Source of the DNA: Roseibacillus sp.
GTDB taxonomy: Bacteria > Verrucomicrobiota > Verrucomicrobiia > Verrucomicrobiales > Akkermansiaceae
Length of the DNA: 64,000 nucleotides
Direction: 5' to 3'
NCBI GenBank assembly: GCA_051251855.1
Contig: JBPOGI010000003.1
Coordinates: 288,001-352,000, forward strand
The position numbers were made by a program, and so were the translations under genes. The notes under the pieces are model-generated. The model worked only from the letters and a program-made list of their open reading frames with translations, did not search any database and was not told where the DNA came from. This document shows, in pieces, positions 62,923 to 64,000 of this stretch; the first letter of the stretch is position 1, and each line of letters starts with the position of its first letter.

Positions 62923-63618
62923 TTAGGCCTCCTTTTCGGAAGAACCGATGAATTTGTAGATGACCGCTCCAAGGAAACCACCAGCAATGGGGGCAATCCA
63001 GAAGAGCCAGAGTTGGCTGAGGGCGGCTCCACCAGCAAAGATAGCCACTGCGGTGCTACGGGCAGGGTTAACCGAGGTATTGGTCACCGGAATGCTGATG
63101 AGGTGGATGAGGGTCAGACCAAGGCCGATGGCGATGGGGGCGAAGCCAGCAGGGGCACGGCCATCAGTGGCACCGAGGATGATGATGAGGAAGAAGGCGG
63201 TCATGACCACTTCGGTGATGAAGCCGGACATCATGCTAAATCCTTGGGGGGAATGCTCTCCAAAGCCATTTGAAGCGAAGCCGCCGACGTCTTTAAAATC
63301 GGATTTGCCGCTGACAATGAGGTAAAGAACACCGGCAGCGAGGACACCACCGACCACTTGGGCGACGATGTAGGGTCCAAGCTCTTTGGCAGAAAAGCGT
63401 CCGCCTGCCCAGAGGCCGATCGAGACGGCTGGGTTGAGGTGACATCCTGAGATGTGTCCAATCGCATAGGCCATGGTGAGGACGGTGAGACCGAAGGCGA
63501 GGGAAACCCCGACCCAGCCAATGCCAACATCAGGGACACCTGCTGCCAAGACAGCGCTACCACATCCTCCTAAAACTAACCAAAAGGTTCCAATAAGTTC
63601 CGCTACGTATTTTTTCAT
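62923..63618 (-). CDS. aqpZ: Aquaporin Z
   Basis: [13 protein letters not shown] and [12 protein letters not shown] motifs. Confidence 0.97.
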   Translation of the reverse strand: MKKYVAELIGTFWLVLGGCGSAVLAAGVPDVGIGWVGVSLAFGLTVLTMAYAIGHISGCHLNPAVSIGLWAGGRFSAKELGPYIVAQVVGGVLAAGVLYLIVSGKSDFKDVGGFASNGFGEHSPQGFSMMSGFITEVVMTAFFLIIILGATDGRAPAGFAPIAIGLGLTLIHLISIPVTNTSVNPARSTAVAIFAGGAALSQLWLFWIAPIAGGFLGAVIYKFIGSSEKEA

Positions 63619-63769
63619 AACCGTCTACTTAGAGTCTTTTCGGGTGTAAAAGGACACAAAAAAGGAAGGAAATTTGTCTAAGGCTCTGATTTTCAGTGCA
63701 CGGTTTATTTACAATTTGTAAACCTCGGCAAAGAAATGACATTGTCTGTTGGAGAGGATTCTCTAACCC

Positions 63770-64000
63770 ATGACTTTTCGACTCTTTGTTTTCTTAGCGC
63801 TTTTTGCGGTTCCGGTTCGGGCTGAAGTGATTCTCCAGTATTTTGGAACGAGTTGGTCGGAGATTGAGCGGCGGATTCCGGAATTGGCGGAGGTGGGGTA
63901 TACTTCGTTGTGGTTGCCTCCTCCGTTCAAAGCGGGGGGCGGGGGATTTTCCGTCGGCTTTGACACCCTCGATCGTTTTGATTTGGGCGATAAGGATCAG
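63770..64000 (+). CDS. Secreted GH13 alpha-amylase family protein, 5' part (runs off the window)
   Basis: Manual translation MTFRLFVFLALFAVPVRAEVILQYF...ELAEVGYTSLWLPPPFK...SVGFDTLDRFDLGD. Confidence 0.85.
   Translation, partial: MTFRLFVFLALFAVPVRAEVILQYFGTSWSEIERRIPELAEVGYTSLWLPPPFKAGGGGFSVGFDTLDRFDLGDKDQ

Overview
A gene-dense bacterial chromosomal window. A Verrucomicrobiota origin (Verrucomicrobiales-like) is inferred from PEP-CTERM/exosortase genes, DUF1080, a sulfatase and typical secreted-protein tails. Housekeeping genes include metK, ahcY, a SahR-type regulator, pfkA, galK, GH2 beta-galactosidase, thiE, accBC, pckG, argD, aqpZ, an Hsp15-like S4 protein and tRNA-Arg(UCU). The best candidate for an undescribed system is at 42.2-45.6 kb on the minus strand. 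There, a tetraether-synthase (Tes/MJ0619)-like radical SAM enzyme and an atypical Lgt paralog are interleaved with three related 3-TM membrane proteins, each carrying a lipobox-like [FY]GC at the end of the last helix. Other notable signals: (1) a 14-bp TGCA-N6-TGCA motif seen six times upstream of secreted-protein genes; (2) one CBM-like domain family carried on either a PEP-CTERM tail or an F[FY]xV tail; (3) a PEP-hydrolase/Tm-1/LsrF/epimerase/SDR operon; (4) a protease coupled to a CxxCH protein; (5) an exosortase-VIT-vWA cassette; (6) a 204-bp MITE, REP-like elements and a duplicated SDR 3' end. All family names come from motif recognition by eye; no database search was run.
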